Origin: Klebsormidium nitens
Lineage: Eukaryota; Plantae; Klebsormidiophyceae
Length of the DNA stretch: 34,487 nucleotides
Direction of reading: 5' to 3'
NCBI GenBank assembly: GCA_000708835.1
Contig: DF237720.1
Location: 1-34,487, forward strand
Each line of letters begins with the position of its first letter. Position 1 is the first letter of the stretch. The notes under the pieces were generated by a model. The model had not been told where the DNA came from. It searched no databases and worked only from the letters and a program-made list of their open reading frames with translations. Made by a program: the position numbers and the translations under genes. Positions 28,888-34,487 of this stretch are shown here, one piece after another.

Positions 28888-31351
28888 ATGGCGAGCTCCT
28901 CGGATGCAGTTCCTGAGAAGAAGGAGGAAGGCGTGACCCCAGCTTTCATGAAGAACGAGACGCCAACGCCTGTTTTTGGGAAGAAGAAGGAGGACGAAGA
29001 AACGACAGCTGAAGGGGCCGAAGATTCAGAGGAAGCGACAGGGACAGGAGAGGAGGATACAGGAGCCGCCTTTGCTCCAATTGTCCAGTTGACCGAGCAG
29101 CAGGTTTCAAGCGGGGAGGAGGATGAGACCACTTTGTTTGAAGTGTGAGTGCTGAGCAGCCGACTGAGTTGATTCAAGCTTGTGATGCTACTTGATGCAA
29201 CTAGTGCGCCACCTGCGTGCTCAAAGTACATTTAAAGGTTGTGTAATGAAAGCATTACCGAGGGAGCGTGTGAAGCAGAAACCCTGGCTGTTTGACATCA
29301 ATGATTGGTCGGTGCGGCAATCCAGAATTGTACAATTCACTCCACCAGAGCTTCACCGTATCTTCTGAGTTAGGTTGAGCTTGCTGATCAGAAGTCATCT
29401 AGTTCATTATTTGGAGAAATTGGATTTGGAGTAACCTGTCCTGGAAGCTTTGCAGAACCTTGGGGTTTTTGTCGAATTCCTGGAGGGCTTGTCTATCAGG
29501 TTTCAAAATTGCTCAGGACAAGTTCCTCAGTGACAAGTTGCGCAGAGTGTGCCTCGCAGTTCATGCTTTCGTCTGGTTAATCCAAGAAAAAAAAATCAAC
29601 GGGTTAACATCTGTGCAGAGCAACTGCTATGCAAGCTTCTTAATGCGTCTGCTTTATAGCTTAGCGGTCGATGAAGAGCCACAAATGAGTTTGTTGATTT
29701 GCAAAGACCCATTGGTGCGTACAGGAAAGCAAAGCTGTACCGGTTTGACAAGGAGAGGACCGAGTGGAAGGAGAGGGGCGTGGGCCAGGTTAAGCTGCTG
29801 CAGCACAAGCAGAACGACAGGATCAGAGTGCTAATGCGTCAGAACCGGACGCTTAAGATCTGCGCAAACTTCGTAGGTAGGTGCTCCGGTGCTCCGCTCC
29901 ACCGGGGTGGTTGTGATTACACCGTGACGTACATTTGACCAGAGCGCCCGATGTAATTGAAACGAAACAGGGGTATTTGCTGCTTGCCAGTCTGTCGTCT
30001 GCCTGTGTGACACGGAACCAGGACTTTCCTGCGTTCTCCCAGCTGATCTTCAAACCACAGTGCGTGCAATTATTAAAAGGGTTTTGCCAGTACTTTGACT
30101 TTGGGGGTAAATCGTACAAGCGGTGCGGAGGCCTTGGAAACTTCATCGGTGCTAACATCAGGAAGCTGCCAAATTGGCAACGTCATGACCTGATCTTTTG
30201 CATACCTGGATGAAGGCTTTTTGATTGTACTCCTGTGCTTGCTCTACAAACCTGCAGTTTGCTATTTCGAAGCTCTCTACACATGCACAGGAGCCAGGAT
30301 CAGTTGGGTGTACAGGCATTGAACAAACGTCTCAACCCATTTCTGCCGAAGTGGTTCTAGATGCCGTGTCTCATGTTTCTTTCCTGTCTTTCAGTGCTGC
30401 CGGGCATGGCCCTGCAAGAGCACGCTGGGAGCGAGAAGTCGTGGGTGTGGCATGCTGCGGACTTTGCCGACGGCGAACTGAAAGACGAGCTGTTTGCAAT
30501 CCGGTTCGGCAGTGTCGAGAGTGAGTATTTCCGAAATGAGCAATTGGTCGCTCCAGCCTCAGACCTAGCGAATGCAGAGACCAACAGCTCGGCGTCATTA
30601 TGAAGTGTCAACGAACAGTCTTCGGTCACTGCACAAGACCAACGTCGCTGTTTAAGAAATGGGAAGGCCAGTTCGAAAGAGACAGGAGCATTGAAGGGTC
30701 GAGGCTGTCGCCGAAAGAGTCTACAGTCAGGTGGTGTGCGTTTGTTGATGTCAATCTTTTGGTACTCGTTTCTTTGAAAGTATTCACGTTCTCAGGTTCT
30801 CCCAGAAAATACAACACATGTAGGTAAGTCAGCTACTAAAAAACTCTTTCCTCACCAAAGTAAGGAGGGAATGCGAGCAATTCAGCTCGTTGTGCTTCTT
30901 CTATCGTACTGTATGCAAGAGAAGCCGGGTGATGAGTATTATAAATTGTGGACGCAATCACGTCGTACGTGTCACATAGAAATGCACGTGTCACAAAGCG
31001 TTGCACGGATGTTGAGCGGCTGTTCACGTCCACAAAAAGGCCCCCAGTATCAAGACACCGTATATCCGTTCCGCTCATTGTTGTGTCACGGAGGATCCTA
31101 CGACTCATAGCACCGTTCTTTTGTTGTCCTCAGATGCCCAGAACTTCAAGAACGCCTTCGAGGACGCTACCGAAAGGATGGGCAAACTGTTGGGGGTGGG
31201 CCCCTCAGAGGAGGAGAACGAGGCTGCGGACGAAGCTGCGGAGGCACTGGGAGGGCTTAAAGTCAAGGACGAAAAGAGCGCTTCCGAGGAGACGCCAGAA
31301 AAGGCTGAAGACAAGAAGGGGGTAGACAGCAAGGACAAGGAGGACCAATAG
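28888..31351 (+). CDS. RANBP1: Ran-binding protein 1. Exons 28888-29144, 29725-29876, 30395-30520, 31134-31351; 250 aa
   Basis: [29 protein letters not shown]...[54 protein letters not shown], and a C-terminal NES-like [10 protein letters not shown]. All introns are GT-AG and in frame. Confidence 0.95.
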
Positions 31352-32513
31352 GCCGTTTGAAGAGTCTGCTTCAATTGGCATTTCGTAACCCTTTCGTTTT
31401 GTGGAGCCTCCGTTGAGTTCACAGGCTTTTGTATCATCAGCGCATCTACAGTTTTGTCGAAGCTTACACAGGAAAATTGTCTTCCTCATCATCTTGATGA
31501 TACGGACTTCACTGTCATGCTTGTGGTGATAAATGGACCGTTATTCGCCAGCCTTTGTAGAGAGCTTGAGCAGCGCGCATCCTGATTCTCGTGTAGAGCT
31601 ATTGGTGTCTAGGTTCATCTCAGGCACGCAATTCATATACCAAGGAGTTCAGATTATATTATCTCACCGTTGCATGAGTCGCTCCATGCATTTCAAGCTT
31701 TTCGAAGTGACCACGCAAAGCATGGCCAATGGGCTTACCCTTGCGCTAAGATTTGCAGTATGCAATCGAGTGCATATTCGTGAGTCAAGCCTTCAGAATA
31801 TATGATCGGACCGGCGCCGCTGCATGATTTCTCAGTGTCCATGATAGCCACGTGCAATAATGCAATTTCAGGTAGCTAGCTGCCAAAACTATTTGTCGCT
31901 TCCATGACATGCTTCTTCATAATGATGCTGTCTGACTGAGTATATCGCGTTGCATGGTACGTATGCAGTTGCATACTGAAGATATGCGCCGACATGTACT
32001 CGGACCCGGTTCCGACCATGCTGCATGAACGAATACCATATTGACTCGGAAGACTCCACTCATTTGTATTGCCAGCTATAGGCGATCATGAATTGGCACG
32101 TGATTGCAGTGGTCATCCGGATTAACTCGAGTCAGTGAGTCGCATCAAGGCCATGCATGCCAGATCGATCTTCAAGCTAGAAATGGGGCATGGAGGGCGG
32201 CTGCATAATTGGCCCAGTCAGTTCGAACCTTTGCAAATCATGACTGGCATGCATGTAAAACTGCTGTCAGTTTGTTCCTTTTCAAGAACAATCACAGAAA
32301 TGAATTTGATAGGCGCAGACTTGCACACACTCGAATGGGTTTCTTGCAATCACCGAAGAGGTAGATTTAATCAGCAACTTTTCGGCAGGCTACAGATCAG
32401 CAAGCATGTATTAGACAAGATTCAATCCAGTTGATCCGGCTTCCGAAGGAACCATCTCAAGAATCAGTCACTGGTCAAATAATGCTTGTCTTTACCACAA
32501 AGACTTATGCACA

Positions 32514-34304
32514 TCATTGTTTTCCTGGCACCGACAGAGGTGTTTGATACTTCACAGTGACTCCAAGCTGCACCCCTATGAAAGCTTGCTCCTTCAACCA
32601 GTTGACTAGCAGCGGCAGTTCCCGCATTGTAACTCGGATCTTCACAAGACGCTTGTGTACGTTGATTTCAAATTGTTCTCTTGACTTCTTATCAATGTGG
32701 GGCGATCTCAAGACCGTGAACCTTCTTTTGTGGGTTGGCAGGATTGCTGACACAGCTCGAGCCTTAGTTTTCGGGGGTGATGAGGTTGAAGGCGTCGCAG
32801 ATGCCTGAAATGGTGGTTTTGAAAACACGCATCAGCGCCTGAGTATAGCATACTTCAAAAAGGGAGACATATACATGATAGGTCCAAAGAACCATCATAT
32901 GAAAGCAAGTAAAGTTCATCGTCGCTTGACAAGGTGTTTCGCAGATTGGGAGAAGCTTGGATACATGTTCCTTGAAATCTAAGCATGCTTACGGTGCACT
33001 TCCCATGTTTTGAGGTGAAAACAGAATCTAGATACTATGCTCGCAAAATCAGCACTGAAAAGCTGGAAAGAGCTGGCCGTTTAGAAATGAAGCAGAGTCC
33101 AGGGAAGTTTGTCAGACCTCGCAATCATGGACTCACAGAATCAAGCAACGTCAATGCTGCATACCATTCACACACCCAGCAGTGAAGAACCTTGTCTCAC
33201 AGACCCAGCATTGAAGAACCTTGTCAAACCAGCGAATCTAAAAGCTCTCTCTTGATCGAGACAACTGCACCTTTTTGCAGATTGGGGTGATTGGCGCCCC
33301 TCTCTAGTAACACCACTCATCATTGGCCAAAAAGTGTCCCTCTTCTTCCAAAAAAGTCCAAAGCAACCGGACTGGGTCAAACTTACATCGTCTGCCTTTC
33401 GGTGGCCTTCCAGAAGCGCTCGCGGTCCCTGACCGGCCCCCTCCTCCAGCGCCGCCGTCGGCTCCTCGTCGTCGACCCAATCCGCCAGCACCGAGTCCTG
33501 GAAGTACTCGACCATCTCAGGCTCAAACGCCTTGGCCACAATCGTCACTGTGCACACCTGCTCACGGGCAAAGTTTCTCGCGCCCTTTGTTTGCGACTCG
33601 CTCGTAACCCCCGCTTCCGCATGATCCTGATCCACCTCCTGTGGGTCGCCGCGCATCTCATCGCTGCCCGCGACAGAGCGCTCGCTTTCGCTACTTGCAG
33701 TTTCCCCGCTTGTGGCAGCCTCGGCACCGACTCCATCGAGAGCATCGGATGCAGATTCTGAAGTCTGCTCCGCAACGTCGACGTGCCCGCTGGTAGCGAC
33801 TAAACCCAAAGGTTCCGAGATCTGCCCTTGCGTACTCATACCGTCCATCGTCCTTCCGGCATCCTTGAGACGAAGTGCAATGGAGTGCACCGCCTGTGAA
33901 TGCTGTCGGAATAAGGCCTCTTCTTGCCAGGCACCGGTTGTGAAGGAGCCAAAAACAGCGCTTTGAAACCTTGGCCACCGAAGGGAAGAAATGTCCGCAC
34001 TAGAAGCATTGCCGAACCCCATTTTCTCGGCGGGCAAGGCGCTATCACTTAGATGCAATTGAGCAGCCCCAGAACCATTCCCACTGATCTCAGCGTCCAC
34101 CACCTCGCACGCCTGCGAAAGCAGCGTTTTAGTGTCACCAAAAACCACTGAGTATCTGTCTGCATTGGTGAGATCATCGCCTGCTTGACTAGCTCCCGCG
34201 GCGAATCCACGGCAGCTTGGAGAGGCGACCAAACCCCGTATGATTACTCCTGAAAGCAACTTAGATACCTCGGTTGCACCACCTGCGATCGACGAGCGCA
34301 ACAT
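32514..34304 (-). CDS. RPS10: Nuclear-encoded mitochondrial-type ribosomal protein uS10 with a long N-terminal extension. Exons 34304-33387 and 32804-32514; 402 aa
   Basis: [33 protein letters not shown] is the organellar/bacterial uS10 signature, and [12 protein letters not shown] corresponds to beta1. The N-terminus MLRSSIAGG...[16 protein letters not shown] is rich in Arg/Ser/Ala and looks like a presequence. One phase-0 GT-AG intron. First ATG is at 34304; the ORF track starts at a GTG at 34325. Confidence 0.88.
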
Positions 34305-34487
34305 CCTGGCAGACGCTCTCAACACCTTTTTCTGCTAGCTTGCGCACAATCCTTGCACTTTTCAGAGAATTTTGCTATCCGGGTCTTCCGAGGGTAAGTT
34401 CACCACATTCCCTCTGACGTCCTTCGTTCTCCTCAGCCTGTGCTCCGCCGTGGCAGCTGATGACCCCCAGGGCCAAAATTACGTTCA

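Noticed and set aside
1-34487. Prokaryotic-type systems (CRISPR arrays, operons, IS elements), rRNA or tRNA genes
   Set aside because: None seen. The window is spliceosomal-intron eukaryotic DNA with no repeat-spacer arrays or RNA-gene folds.

Overview
Gene-dense eukaryotic nuclear DNA with GT-AG introns of mostly 0.25-0.8 kb. The proteins resemble land-plant homologues, so a streptophyte green alga such as Klebsormidium is my inference; the organism is not proven. Manual splicing gives seven protein genes with consistent phases and open frames: prolyl 4-hydroxylase (+), an unusually large PI-specific phospholipase C (+), CENP-C (-), an intronless F-box/LRR gene (+), a MIS12-like gene (-), RanBP1 (+) and a nuclear-encoded mitochondrial-type uS10/RPS10 (-). 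There is also a TA-flanked 290-bp MITE. Main highlights: (1) the P4H exon carrying the catalytic HxD motif is tandemly duplicated, with the hallmarks of a mutually exclusive exon pair, so one gene could encode two active-site variants; (2) CENP-C and MIS12, which bind each other in characterised kinetochores, lie about 4 kb apart next to RanBP1; (3) the PLC has substitutions at phosphoinositide-binding positions and a linker of about 400 aa. All gene models come from reading the sequence by eye, with no RNA-seq or database search. Comparisons with reference proteins are from memory and need a real alignment.
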